The position numbers and the translations under genes were made by a program. A stretch of DNA of 64,000 nucleotides from Candidatus Levyibacteriota bacterium (GTDB lineage Bacteria; Patescibacteriota; Microgenomatia; Levybacterales; UBA12049), in contig JAYRIM010000017.1 in the NCBI GenBank assembly GCA_041906785.1, positions 210-64,209 of the forward strand, in the 5' to 3' direction. A model generated the notes under the pieces. It saw only the letters and a program-made list of their open reading frames with translations. It did no database searches and had not been told where the DNA came from. Shown here one piece after another: positions 38,020 through 48,075 of the stretch. How positions within the stretch are numbered: the first letter of the stretch is position 1; each line of letters begins with the position of its first letter.

Positions 38020-38710
38020 CTAAAATTCCTTTTTTATATAAAACGTTTTTTACTTCGTCATGAATAGCTTCTCTACTTTTCATATTCCCGTTTTTATCAA
38101 TACAATTAATCATTACCCAATGAGGAAATTTCTTTACCAACCATTTATATGTCTCTACGGCATTTTTAAGATATGCCACATCTTTTTCCACAATATCTTT
38201 ATTTCTTCCTTTAGTATATGCTCTTCCATGCCTATCTTTATTTTGCATTAACTTTATAGACGTTTGATATGGTACGTAAAAATAAAGCACAATATCTTCT
38301 TGGGGAATTTTATTATATGTATATTCCAATTCTGTATCCCATTTTAAAAATTTCAATCTCTGGCGTTTCGGTAATCTTCCACATTGGTGGGCCAAATTAG
38401 AAGGAACATATCTATCAAGTACAATATATTCCCCATTGTTTAACCATTTGTCCATTTTCTCTTTTTCTCCAGCGCGGTCCATAGCATAGAGAACAGATAC
38501 TAAATATGGATTTACATCTGACAATGGCCCAAACTCACCTCTAAGAAATTGGTCAACCATTTTACCGAAAAAAGATATTCCATGTTGAGGGAATTTCAAT
38601 GTATTAACTGGAATATCTATTTTTTTGAAATATTCCAATAGCAAATTCATTTGTGTAGATTTACCAGCGCCGTCAGAACCTTCAATAACAATTAATTTCC
38701 CTTTTTTCAT
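38009..38710 (-). CDS. tmk: Thymidylate kinase-like dNMP kinase (paralog 1)
   Basis: P-loop IVIEGSDGAGKST (compare E. coli Tmk IVIEGLEGAGKTT). DRY-like LDRY motif. Confidence 0.75.
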   Translation of the reverse strand: MKKGKLIVIEGSDGAGKSTQMNLLLEYFKKIDIPVNTLKFPQHGISFFGKMVDQFLRGEFGPLSDVNPYLVSVLYAMDRAGEKEKMDKWLNNGEYIVLDRYVPSNLAHQCGRLPKRQRLKFLKWDTELEYTYNKIPQEDIVLYFYVPYQTSIKLMQNKDRHGRAYTKGRNKDIVEKDVAYLKNAVETYKWLVKKFPHWVMINCIDKNGNMKSREAIHDEVKNVLYKKGILVTT

Positions 38711-38758
38711 ACTTTGTGATTTATACTCAATACCAAATACTAAATACTTTATACTACT
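38711..38758. repeat. AGTAT heptad-repeat block (ATACTAAATACT family) between dut and tmk
   Basis: aatactaaatactttatac. Related copies at 6021-6060 and 39975-40030. Related also to the IR of cassette 2. Confidence 0.45.
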
Positions 38759-39202
38759 TTATCCCGTCGATCCATATCCTCCTCTGCTTTTTTCGCTTAT
38801 TTTTTCAACCTCAATAAAATCCGCTTTTTCTATAGGAATTAAGCATCCTTGTGCTAACCGTTCACCTTTTTCGACCACAACTTCCTCATCAGAGAAATTT
38901 AAAACTTGTAATAATATTTCATCTTCTGGTCCGTTATAATCTTGGTCAATAATACCAATCCCATGTGGAATCAGTAAACTTTTTTTTCTAGGTGTACTGG
39001 ACCGAGGAACAACAATAAACATATATCCGGTAGGTACTTCAATAATAATATTCAGTGGAATAAGACCTAGCTGTCTAGATCGAATAGCAATTTTCTTTCT
39101 ACTTTGGAGATCGAAACAGCACGCCCCTGTTGTCGCATAACTCGGCAAAGGTAGTGTTTTATCAATTCTTTTAATCTTTATTTGCATTTTTTCACTTTTC
39201 AT
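38759..39202 (-). CDS. dut: dUTP diphosphatase
   Basis: GIGIIDQDYNGP (dUTPase motif III). C-terminal RGGYGSTG motif V. Confidence 0.9.
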   Translation of the reverse strand: MKSEKMQIKIKRIDKTLPLPSYATTGACCFDLQSRKKIAIRSRQLGLIPLNIIIEVPTGYMFIVVPRSSTPRKKSLLIPHGIGIIDQDYNGPEDEILLQVLNFSDEEVVVEKGERLAQGCLIPIEKADFIEVEKISEKSRGGYGSTG

Positions 39203-39246
39203 ACATTAGGCTCTGCTCAGTATGACCTTGAGTCTTATCGAATGGG

Positions 39247-39993
39247 TCATTTTTCATTTTTATTTTTTAATTTCCCTAGAATATCATCTGTCACTTGTTC
39301 TACAGGTTTTTCCCCATCTATTAGAACAAACTCCTTCTTAAATTCTTTTATTAACCAACGATATCCAGCCACAACTTTCTCGAGTTTTTCTTTTTTTTCG
39401 TAGACATCATTTTCTGCTTTTCTGTCTTTCTTTTTTAATGACCTCCGTAAACCTTCTTCAGGACTAATATCTATATAAAAAACAATATCAGGAATAATAA
39501 ATTGGTGGTAGTGGGATAATAAACCCTGTGTTATAAGCATTCGATCAGCTCCTTCACGCGTAAAATTAACACCTTTATCCATTAATCCATAGGGAATCGC
39601 TGACCAAAAACATCGGTCTGAAATCACGACATGTCCTTTTTTTAATGCAGGGATTACTATTTCATCCTGGTTTATCGCACGATTCGCAGACATCCAGTAT
39701 TGAAATGCTTGACCAGAGATTGCAATCTCTCCTCGAAAAAATTGCATAATCTGCTCTCCGCCTGGAAGAGTTACACGAGGCTCGCTTGTCATAGTCACTT
39801 TTTTTCTCTTTTTTATGAAATATGTTTCTAAAGCTTTTGCTTGAGTCGTTTTTCCCGAACCATCTATGCCTTCAAGGGCTATATAGAAACCCTTAAATGG
39901 GTTCTTTTTTAATGAGATATCTAATTCGATATGGTATTCCATGTTTCGTATCGAGTATAGAGTATTTTGTATTTTGTATATCATTATTATCAC
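39247..39993 (-). CDS. Thymidylate kinase-like dNMP kinase (paralog 2)
   Basis: P-loop IALEGIDGSGKTTQ. SDRC motif (for DRY) further on. Confidence 0.7.
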   Translation of the reverse strand: MIIMIYKIQNTLYSIRNMEYHIELDISLKKNPFKGFYIALEGIDGSGKTTQAKALETYFIKKRKKVTMTSEPRVTLPGGEQIMQFFRGEIAISGQAFQYWMSANRAINQDEIVIPALKKGHVVISDRCFWSAIPYGLMDKGVNFTREGADRMLITQGLLSHYHQFIIPDIVFYIDISPEEGLRRSLKKKDRKAENDVYEKKEKLEKVVAGYRWLIKEFKKEFVLIDGEKPVEQVTDDILGKLKNKNEK

Positions 39994-40028
39994 TTCATAC
40001 TAAATACTTAATACTAGATACTTTATAC

Positions 40029-40616
40029 TTATTTTGAGAGGTTTTTCCAGTATTGGCTTGCAATTGGTTTAGGATTTTTACTAAATGGATTTTTATATTT
40101 TTTAGTTCCAAGAACTGCCTCACCATATGTATGTTCTGCTGGAGATGACAATAATGAGAATCGTATTTGCCCAATCGGCATATAAGGATAAATGATCATT
40201 GGTTGTTCTGTTAAATTTGTTATTTCCAATGTTATATGTCCAGCCCACCCGGGATCGACAAATCCAGCCGTCGCATGGATTACTAACCCCAGCCGTCCAA
40301 GCGACGATTTTCCTTCTACATTTGCTAACAGTTGATTACTAAGAGCAAACCATTCCGACGTAACACCTAAGATAAACTCCCGCGGATGAATGACAGTCCC
40401 TTGCTTTTCATCCATCACTTCGTATTCCATATATTCATCCACAGGTTTTTTTAAATCGATTACTGCGTTCTTTATTCTTCTTCTAGCGAAGGTAAGAATT
40501 GTAGGGGCGATATGAACATCAAGCGATGATGGTTGAAATGTTAATTTGTATGGGGATTGTATCTCAAGTTTTTTTTCTTTTAAGGCTTTTTTAATATCTC
40601 TATCAGATAGAACCAT
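40029..40616 (-). CDS. dcd: dCTP deaminase
   Basis: MVLSDRDIKKAL N-terminus, then GLVIHATAGFVDPGW and the conserved E-containing strand. Confidence 0.9.
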   Translation of the reverse strand: MVLSDRDIKKALKEKKLEIQSPYKLTFQPSSLDVHIAPTILTFARRRIKNAVIDLKKPVDEYMEYEVMDEKQGTVIHPREFILGVTSEWFALSNQLLANVEGKSSLGRLGLVIHATAGFVDPGWAGHITLEITNLTEQPMIIYPYMPIGQIRFSLLSSPAEHTYGEAVLGTKKYKNPFSKNPKPIASQYWKNLSK

Positions 40617-40797
40617 ATCTCAGGAGTATAGCAAAAAATGTTTGAAAGTACATCATGGATTTACGCTCTAAAAATATATTAAGTGAACATTTGCATTTAC
40701 CTTCTTTTTTTGTAAACTCCTTATATTCAGATTTACAAATAATGTTTGATACCCGAGCTTCAGATTTGCTTACTATTCGTTGCAAATCTGAAGTGGA

Positions 40798-41442
40798 GTG
40801 GTATATGATGAAAGTATGATCTATATCCCAAAAAAATTACTTCTTCTGTTTACCATTATTTTTATTCTCATAGGTGTTAATGTTTATCTATATTTGAAAA
40901 CTCCAAAGCTTCAACCAGAACCACAAGCAATTCCTAAACCGTTTACAATTAAAGTTACCCCTTCTGCATCTTCTTATAAAACTATCTATGGGAAAGGAAC
41001 AAATATTATTTATACCTCAAAGACTCCATATGCTTTAAGTGGAAGTGGTTTAATCGAAACTGTAGCTCAGGATGGAAAAACATATATTGGATATATAGTT
41101 GGACTTTTCCAGGGTTTTGAATCGATCGCAAACAGCACAGATAAATATGCGCTCATTAGTGAATATGATACAAATAAAGTATATAAAGTCCGCACATTTT
41201 GGGGAACAGAAAATACTCTATTAACAAAAGTCCTTCTGGAAGATTTAAATCAAATTGGTGATGATGTAGTCGGAAGAGGTTATTTAAAAAAAATTGGGAC
41301 TATTGTTGATCAATCCTCAAGATTTACACATGGTAAAGTCATTATTACAATGCTTATGCCTGCCAAAAACAATGGTATAGATATAGGACCTTTAAAAGAT
41401 ATAAATGCAAATTACCAATCAGAATGGATTGTCATGCGCTAA
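40798..41442 (+). CDS. Secreted/membrane-anchored hypothetical protein
   Basis: N-terminal TM segment LLLLFTIIFILIGVNVYLYL. Confidence 0.4.
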   Translation: MVYDESMIYIPKKLLLLFTIIFILIGVNVYLYLKTPKLQPEPQAIPKPFTIKVTPSASSYKTIYGKGTNIIYTSKTPYALSGSGLIETVAQDGKTYIGYIVGLFQGFESIANSTDKYALISEYDTNKVYKVRTFWGTENTLLTKVLLEDLNQIGDDVVGRGYLKKIGTIVDQSSRFTHGKVIITMLMPAKNNGIDIGPLKDINANYQSEWIVMR

Positions 41443-43684
41443 TACTATGAATAAATCTATATTGCATATTAGTATTATCTTTATTTTTTCAGTAATAGCT
41501 TTTTTTATAGTAACCTCAAATAATGAAACAGTATTTGCACAAATGACATGTTGTAATGATTGTTTAGGAGGTGTTTGCCAACCAGACGCCAATTGTGTAC
41601 CTCCAGGTGTAATATGTACAAATACATGCAGTAATCCCTTTGGGAGTTGTAGTGCAGGCCAAGGATGTTCATACGACACAAACTGTCCTGGATATCCAAA
41701 TGAAACATGTGTAAATGGGCAATGCGTGCAAGTGCCGCCAACCAATACTCCAGCACCTACGAGTACCCCAGAGCCAACAATTGGCGGAGGTAGCACTCCT
41801 GTACCAACCTCTTCAGGCTTACTCGCAGATGGTGCATCGTGCACTGGGAGCCCTCAATGTCAATCGGGTTATTGTTCTAGTACCACCCGTACTTGTGCTC
41901 CATTACTATCTTCAGGTAGCTGCACAACAGATCAACAATGTACATCTGGTTTTTGTAATAACAGCACACGTCTATGTGAGCAACCGCGAGCGAATGGAGC
42001 TATTTGTAATGAAGGGAACGAATGCCAATCTGGATACTGTAATGATTTTAATAGATGTGCTACTCCCTCTTCAGGATCTGCTTGTTTCGATGGTGGCGGT
42101 TGTGGACCTAACTATTACTGCACATCAGAGTTAAGTGCAAATCCGAATGGTCTTTGTCAACCAAAATTAAATAACGGACAAACATGTTCTGTAAACGTCC
42201 AGTGTACTTCTGGGTATTGCAACGGAATATGTCAAAATGACCCAGGAAATGCAGTACGACAACCTAACGGGTTTGCTTGCTCTGTAAATGAGAACTGCGC
42301 ATCAGATTACTGCTTAAATGGTTTTTGCCGTACAAATCCTAATCCTCCAACAAATACACCGACTCCACTTCCGACTAACACACCATTACCGACGAATACA
42401 CCTACACCGTTGCCAACAAACACACCAACTCCTTTACCGACGAATACACCTACAGCTACACCTCTACCACGATATACTGTCTCAGGAAACGTTTTTGTTG
42501 ACTTAAATAAAAATGCGAGAAAAGATGCAGGTGAATCAAACTATGGTGGAACTATAACAATCGACTCCTCCCAACGACCTGATCAGACTATTTACGGCGG
42601 CGGCACGTATTCACTACTAGGAATTTTAGATGAATCCAGAAATTTTACTGTTTCACTGACAAGTGCAATCCCGGTCGGGTATCAATTGGTATATCCTCTC
42701 GGTACTCCTCCATCATTTAATATCGGCATAGGTGCATCATGTAATGTACCTGATACAACAACTGGAGGAAGATGTGACGGGACCGGAAACGTATTAGATC
42801 TTAATTTCGCTATTACGAATTCAATTACCTGGTATCAAGTAAGAGGATCTGATATCCGTATTGATTCTGGCTTTACAAATAATGTACCTTCTTCACCTGC
42901 CTGTTCAGGCCCATATGCATCTATTGCAGGATCAAACCCGGCAAATTCACAAGGTATAATTTTTGCTGGAGATCAAACAAGCACATTTGGAGCTGGCCAG
43001 TCTTCAGCCAATGGATGGCTTGCAGGAGGTACAGCATACCCTGAAGTTTTTCGAGCAAATAGGACAACTTTTTCTACATCGTATGCGTCTGTACTTTCCG
43101 CTGCACAACAAGGCGGGCTTACGATACATGATTTAGCAACAGATCCTCTCACTTCAAGTGGATGCAATAATCTTAACTTCTGCGCTCTCCCTTCAAATCT
43201 GCCGAGCGGTGTTTATCAAGCTAACGCAAATATGACTATCTCGAATGCATTTACTGTGGGAGCGAGTACAAATATTATTATTCTCGTGAATGGTACATCA
43301 GCCATACGCGCAGGCATAACAGTCCCAACCGGATCAACCCTTACATATATCACAAAAGATGATCTCCTTATCGATAGGACTGTGGGACAAGTTCCAGCAT
43401 GTAACGGAGCGAATAATGTCGAGGGTGTTTTCGTTGCAGGAAGAAATGTTCTTGTTGAAGGAAATAATAACTGCAGCGTAGGAGCAGATATACAACTCCG
43501 ACTTGGTGGAACTCTTATTGCAAATGCAAACCGCCAGGGAGGATCTTTTACCAATAACCGCGATCTTTGTGCGCAGAATCCCAGTTACCCATCAATTCTT
43601 TTTTCAGAAAGGCCAGATTTTATATTAAACGCCCCGAATATTCTAAAAAGAAAAAATCTTATTTATCAGGAAGTAGCCCCATAA
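41405..43684 (+). CDS. Large Cys-rich surface protein: signal anchor, 8 or more C-x-SG-(Y/F)-C modules, PT-linker, SdrD/CnaB-like domain, C-terminal beta-rich domain
   Basis: Repeated CQSGYC/CTSGFC/CTSGYC modules. (PTNTPTPL)n linker. GNVFVDLNKNARKDAGE, a Ca-binding B-type repeat. Confidence 0.5.
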   Translation: MQITNQNGLSCANTMNKSILHISIIFIFSVIAFFIVTSNNETVFAQMTCCNDCLGGVCQPDANCVPPGVICTNTCSNPFGSCSAGQGCSYDTNCPGYPNETCVNGQCVQVPPTNTPAPTSTPEPTIGGGSTPVPTSSGLLADGASCTGSPQCQSGYCSSTTRTCAPLLSSGSCTTDQQCTSGFCNNSTRLCEQPRANGAICNEGNECQSGYCNDFNRCATPSSGSACFDGGGCGPNYYCTSELSANPNGLCQPKLNNGQTCSVNVQCTSGYCNGICQNDPGNAVRQPNGFACSVNENCASDYCLNGFCRTNPNPPTNTPTPLPTNTPLPTNTPTPLPTNTPTPLPTNTPTATPLPRYTVSGNVFVDLNKNARKDAGESNYGGTITIDSSQRPDQTIYGGGTYSLLGILDESRNFTVSLTSAIPVGYQLVYPLGTPPSFNIGIGASCNVPDTTTGGRCDGTGNVLDLNFAITNSITWYQVRGSDIRIDSGFTNNVPSSPACSGPYASIAGSNPANSQGIIFAGDQTSTFGAGQSSANGWLAGGTAYPEVFRANRTTFSTSYASVLSAAQQGGLTIHDLATDPLTSSGCNNLNFCALPSNLPSGVYQANANMTISNAFTVGASTNIIILVNGTSAIRAGITVPTGSTLTYITKDDLLIDRTVGQVPACNGANNVEGVFVAGRNVLVEGNNNCSVGADIQLRLGGTLIANANRQGGSFTNNRDLCAQNPSYPSILFSERPDFILNAPNILKRKNLIYQEVAP

Positions 43685-43702
43685 CCCACAACTCACAACT
43701 AA

Positions 43703-43760
43703 ATTCGATCATGTGTGATCGAATTTACATTCTTGACAGTACATCTTTAAAATGTACATA
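43703..43760 (+). promoter_or_regulatory. Operator-like palindrome (ATTCGATCA-TGTG-TGATCGAAT) followed by a TTGACA-N17-(T)ACATAAT promoter and a second GTACA...TGTAC dyad
   Basis: Read directly from sequence, immediately upstream of the cohesin-like gene. Confidence 0.5.
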
Positions 43761-44351
43761 ATGGTTACAAGAGCTATGTCGAAAAATGTATTGCTTCTGT
43801 TACTTGGACTCTTTCTTATTACTGTTGTTCTCCTTATCGTGACATTACAACGAGGAACGCCTGAACCATCATTAAAGCCACAATTGACAAAAAAGCCAAG
43901 CGGGACAATAGTGCCAGCAAATGCAAAATCAATATTAACATTACAACCAAATCCAGTTACTCTGAATGCAAACGGTAGTGGCTCAATAAATGTGGAATTG
44001 AATACAAATGAAAATGCAGTAACAGCTGTACAGTTAGAGTTAGCATACGATCCAGCTGTGTTATCAAACGTTACTATCGCTGCAGGCCCATTTCTAGGAA
44101 AACCAATAGAACTTTTAAAAAACATAGATAAATCAAAAGGCACAGTCACACTCATGTTAGGAATTACACCTGCACAGGATCCGGTCCAAGGTAAAGGAAT
44201 CGTCGCAACCATTGAATTTATGAGACTCGGAGCGACTACAGAAAAAACGACTGAATTCCAATTACTCAATTCTAGTCTTGTAACTGCATCTGGAATAGAT
44301 AATAGTGTCCTCCGCTCAGCTAAAGGAACCACAGTCGTCCTCGAACAATAA
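43752..44351 (+). CDS. Cohesin-like domain protein (membrane-anchored)
   Basis: N-terminal TM. VQLELAYDPAVLSNVTIAAGPFL resembles the type-I cohesin strand pattern (V-x-hydrophobic-x-YDP-x-hydrophobic-L). Confidence 0.5.
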   Translation: MYIMVTRAMSKNVLLLLLGLFLITVVLLIVTLQRGTPEPSLKPQLTKKPSGTIVPANAKSILTLQPNPVTLNANGSGSINVELNTNENAVTAVQLELAYDPAVLSNVTIAAGPFLGKPIELLKNIDKSKGTVTLMLGITPAQDPVQGKGIVATIEFMRLGATTEKTTEFQLLNSSLVTASGIDNSVLRSAKGTTVVLEQ

Positions 44352-44413
44352 CTAAAATAACTATTTTCCTCTTCTGTCTCCTCTGTCCCATCTGGCTTTT
44401 TGGACCCTTTAAG

Positions 44414-47200
44414 TTGAGATTCTCTACGTACTTGACGAAATACAGTAAATGCCTCTACTATAGTGGTATGTCACCTTTTTTAGAAAAGTTACGCCATCAT
44501 AAAAGCCTAACGGTAAGTCTCTTTCTATTTTTATTTTTAACATTACCTCTTCTTATATATGTGTTACAACAGCGTCAAGACATCCGCCAAAGAGCTTCCG
44601 AACAAACAAGTGTAATAAATATTCAAGCTAAAGGTACACCTTGTGAGAATACCTATCCTACGTTAATACTTAAAACAGACGGTACTGAGATTAAAAGATG
44701 GGAAAATGTTGGAAATGTTTTACAAACGTACTCCTACAGCGGAAGTTTGCCAAGTAATATAAACAATATTGTTATAGAGTTTCCAAATGATTGTTATCAA
44801 GATACCAATGAGGATCGCAATCTTTATATAGAGTCTATAGAATTTAACAGTAAAAAAATCTCTGGCAACACAGCAGGTGTCATTAACACTGCCTCAGGGA
44901 CCGGTGAAAATAAAAAATGGCTTTTTACGAATGGAGCTTTGATTTTCCCCACACAATTATTTGCTGAATCTGAAGCTCCAGTACCAGTAGGTATATCATG
45001 CACTGCAACTCCTGCATCAGATACAATTCTTTCCATGAATATGACATCTCCATCCACTGATGATTCTAGACTTACTCCTGTTAAAAATGCTGGTAAAGCC
45101 TATGTCGATTATCTTGCCACTAATACCCAAAACTATGTAGGCCTAGTAAACTATTCAAGTGGACTTCTTACTCTTACTACTAATTATACAGAAGTGAAAC
45201 AAAGTATTGATTGGACACCAGCACGTACATATACGAATAATAAACTTGCAGATGCACTTGATTTAGCATTTCGTGTATTGATTACAAGCACCCGAACAAA
45301 TGTACCTAAAAAAGTAATACTATTTACTGCTGATAAACAAGATCCTGCTGATAATTCGAGATTAATTACAACAGCTGGCTATTTCCAAAATGGACGCGAT
45401 TGGCAAATTTATACAATCGGTCTTGGATCGAATATTGACGAAAACATTTTACAAACAATTGCTTCTACCACAAAAGGGAAATATTATCATGTAGACCAGA
45501 TTGATCAGCTACAGGATGCATACTTATCTATAGAAAAAGGTACTATAAGTGGATCGGTATTTAATGACCTAAATACCAATGGAATTCGCGACCAAGGTGA
45601 ACCTGGAGAGTTCAATTGGCCAGTACACGTTTACTCAACATCATCTCCAAATCAAGTCCTAGAAATTCTTAAAACTGATACCAATGGAAACTATTCATTT
45701 AAAAAGTTTTGCGCAGGTCAAACATATACCTTAAAACCTGTTCAGAAACCAGGTTGGCAACAAACCTTACCTGCAAATAATGAAGGGTATACAGTCGCAG
45801 TGACGAAAGATAGTGTGAATGCAGATAAGAATTTTGGATTTAAAGTTCTCCCTAGCCCTACACCATCGCCGACTATAACTCCAACACAAACTCCACAAAC
45901 AGGGTCTGTTGATGTTGATGTGAATATTATTGGCGGTACAATTCCCTCAGGAAAATATCTTAAACTTCTCGCATGTGATAAAGGTCCTAATGGACCGGAA
46001 TGCGGCACGGCAACGAGAGATATGAAAACTATCAATACTTCAGGAACCGTAATTCTTAGTAACATTCCAGCAGGACAGACTATAACTGATATGCGTATAG
46101 CATATTATAACCAGGCTGGAGACCAAAATTTGGGAACCTTACCGAATTGGGAGCAAGTATTCAGTGTTAGCAATTGTCCAAACGCCGGACAACTTACCTG
46201 TACTGTTGATGTACCTGCTGGGGGAAAATCTTTAACCAAACCACGGTATACAATTGATCTGTCAAAAACGCAAGTCTTTTCGAAAATTGAACCGATCAAT
46301 ACTGCTACAGTTACCTATGGTTCAACAAAGTTTTCCTGGACACAACATCAAAACACAATGTATCAGTTCTATATCATTGAATATTATAACGCAGCAGGTG
46401 TAAGAGTATACCAAACATCTACACCATCATTAACCCAAACAGAAACTACGATTGACCTTTCTACTGTTGTAAACCCTGAAACAAGTCAACGGGCGTTTGA
46501 AGCTGGTAAGGATTATTACTGGCAAGTGTTTGCTAATAATGGTGGCTCTTCACAGGATGTAGCAAATAATAATGAAAAATGGAAATTTACTATTCTTAAT
46601 GGAGAACCAACGAGAACTCCTACTGTAGATCCTTCACATAGTGTTACATTAAATATTAATCTTTATCTTCATGGTCTTGGTAATAGTGGAGATAATGTAA
46701 GTACCCAAAGTGCCTTAAGTAATAAAAATCCTAACCGTAAAGTTAGGCCTGCATTTGTCGAATTATTAAACAATCAGGGACAGGTAGTAACTGGAAACCA
46801 AGGGACGATAACATATGCTAGTGAAAGCGGAAGTTTCGCTGGTTCAGTCGTTGTAGGTATCCCTTCGACTACACAAACTGTAAATGGACCATATACAGTC
46901 AGAGTTAAGAGCGACCAATATGTCACAAATAGAGTTGCTGGTATATTCAGTTTTGATTCTGGACAATCATATACACTTCCAGATACCACGCTTACTACCG
47001 GTGATGTTATAAATGATAATAAATTAAATATTCTTGACTATAACGTGCTATATGGCTGCTATACAGGTAGTATTTTAACAGTCGCTCGAAATTGTAATGA
47101 AACGAAAAAAGCTGCTGCAGATCTTACTGATGAAGGTACTGTTAATCAATATGATTTAAATCTCTTCATACGAGAACTCTCCGTCCAATCCGGTTTCTAA
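44414..47200 (+). CDS. 928-aa surface protein: TM anchor, vWA-like, CnaB/SdrD-B-like, FN3-like, conserved C-terminal module and dockerin-like tail
   Basis: vWA-like ILFTADKQDPADNS...IYTIGLGSNID. GSVFNDLNTNGIRDQGEPGE. C-terminal LYLHGLGNSGDN...NKNP module. GDVINDNKLNILDYNVL...ADLTDEGTVNQYDLNLFIREL resembles two dockerin Ca-binding segments. Confidence 0.6.
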   Translation: MRFSTYLTKYSKCLYYSGMSPFLEKLRHHKSLTVSLFLFLFLTLPLLIYVLQQRQDIRQRASEQTSVINIQAKGTPCENTYPTLILKTDGTEIKRWENVGNVLQTYSYSGSLPSNINNIVIEFPNDCYQDTNEDRNLYIESIEFNSKKISGNTAGVINTASGTGENKKWLFTNGALIFPTQLFAESEAPVPVGISCTATPASDTILSMNMTSPSTDDSRLTPVKNAGKAYVDYLATNTQNYVGLVNYSSGLLTLTTNYTEVKQSIDWTPARTYTNNKLADALDLAFRVLITSTRTNVPKKVILFTADKQDPADNSRLITTAGYFQNGRDWQIYTIGLGSNIDENILQTIASTTKGKYYHVDQIDQLQDAYLSIEKGTISGSVFNDLNTNGIRDQGEPGEFNWPVHVYSTSSPNQVLEILKTDTNGNYSFKKFCAGQTYTLKPVQKPGWQQTLPANNEGYTVAVTKDSVNADKNFGFKVLPSPTPSPTITPTQTPQTGSVDVDVNIIGGTIPSGKYLKLLACDKGPNGPECGTATRDMKTINTSGTVILSNIPAGQTITDMRIAYYNQAGDQNLGTLPNWEQVFSVSNCPNAGQLTCTVDVPAGGKSLTKPRYTIDLSKTQVFSKIEPINTATVTYGSTKFSWTQHQNTMYQFYIIEYYNAAGVRVYQTSTPSLTQTETTIDLSTVVNPETSQRAFEAGKDYYWQVFANNGGSSQDVANNNEKWKFTILNGEPTRTPTVDPSHSVTLNINLYLHGLGNSGDNVSTQSALSNKNPNRKVRPAFVELLNNQGQVVTGNQGTITYASESGSFAGSVVVGIPSTTQTVNGPYTVRVKSDQYVTNRVAGIFSFDSGQSYTLPDTTLTTGDVINDNKLNILDYNVLYGCYTGSILTVARNCNETKKAAADLTDEGTVNQYDLNLFIRELSVQSGF

Positions 47201-47320
47201 TCTAAGATTGTTAGCTAGAGTTGCCAGATAAAAGTTACCACGTAAATGATATTCATACAAGGTAATAAACGATGGATGAAAAGCAAAAGTTGTTATCAGA
47301 CAATACTAAAAGTTTTGTAA

Positions 47321-47386
47321 CTTACTGACAACTGACCCGCTTCGACCTGTCGAAGACGAGGCGAGCAACCGACAACTGATAACTGC
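47321..47386. repeat. Solo copies of the cassette-3 IR word (ACCGACAACTGATAACT; GACAACTGA x2) plus a cttcg-acctgt-cgaag hairpin
   Basis: 17/18 match to accgactactgataact at 58303-58320. Confidence 0.5.
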
Positions 47387-47453
47387 TTCTTCTTGACACT
47401 CACCTCCGAACTCTCTACTATAAAAATAGAGCCTAGATAGGCGAAAATACTAT

Positions 47454-48071
47454 ATGAGAAAAACAGTTTTACTTATTGTGTTTTTAATGGTCGTTGCAAT
47501 GATACTATTATTCGTTGCATTAACTGCACCACGCCAGCAAAAAAAAACTACGGCAGAAAATACACCACCGACTCCAACTCCTATCGCTAGTACTGTTCTT
47601 ACATTTAATCCCAGAACAGTTACAGTAGACGAAAATGGCATTGGCTCTGTCTCTATTGAAATAGATACCGGCTATAACCAAGTCACAGGCGTTCAACTAG
47701 AATTAGGTTTTGATCAAAATACGTTAATAAATGTTAAAGCTACTCCAGGAACTTTTCTCCCCAAAGCGGTTGTTCTTTTAGAGAATACGTCTGTAGCTGG
47801 AAGATATTCATATATGCTTGGTTTGCCGCTTGCAGGTAACCCAGTTAACGGAAAAGGTACAGTAGCCACGGTTCAATTCCAGGCAAATCCTCTGAGAACG
47901 CCACAAGCACAAACGATATTAACTATTATGCCAAAAAGTCTTATTACCTCCCTTGGAGTTGAAGGTTCTGTTTTAAAAAAAGCTGATACATTGACTATAC
48001 TATTACCTCAACCTACCACAACCGTTCAGACACCTACCGGTACACTGGTCAATCCAACGACTCAACAATAA
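47454..48071 (+). CDS. Cohesin-like domain protein, paralog of 43752..44351
   Basis: VQLELGFDQNTLINVKATPGTFL, and GKGTVATVQFQ against GKGIVATIEFM in the paralog. Confidence 0.5.
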   Translation: MRKTVLLIVFLMVVAMILLFVALTAPRQQKKTTAENTPPTPTPIASTVLTFNPRTVTVDENGIGSVSIEIDTGYNQVTGVQLELGFDQNTLINVKATPGTFLPKAVVLLENTSVAGRYSYMLGLPLAGNPVNGKGTVATVQFQANPLRTPQAQTILTIMPKSLITSLGVEGSVLKKADTLTILLPQPTTTVQTPTGTLVNPTTQQ

Positions 48072-48075
48072 AGGT

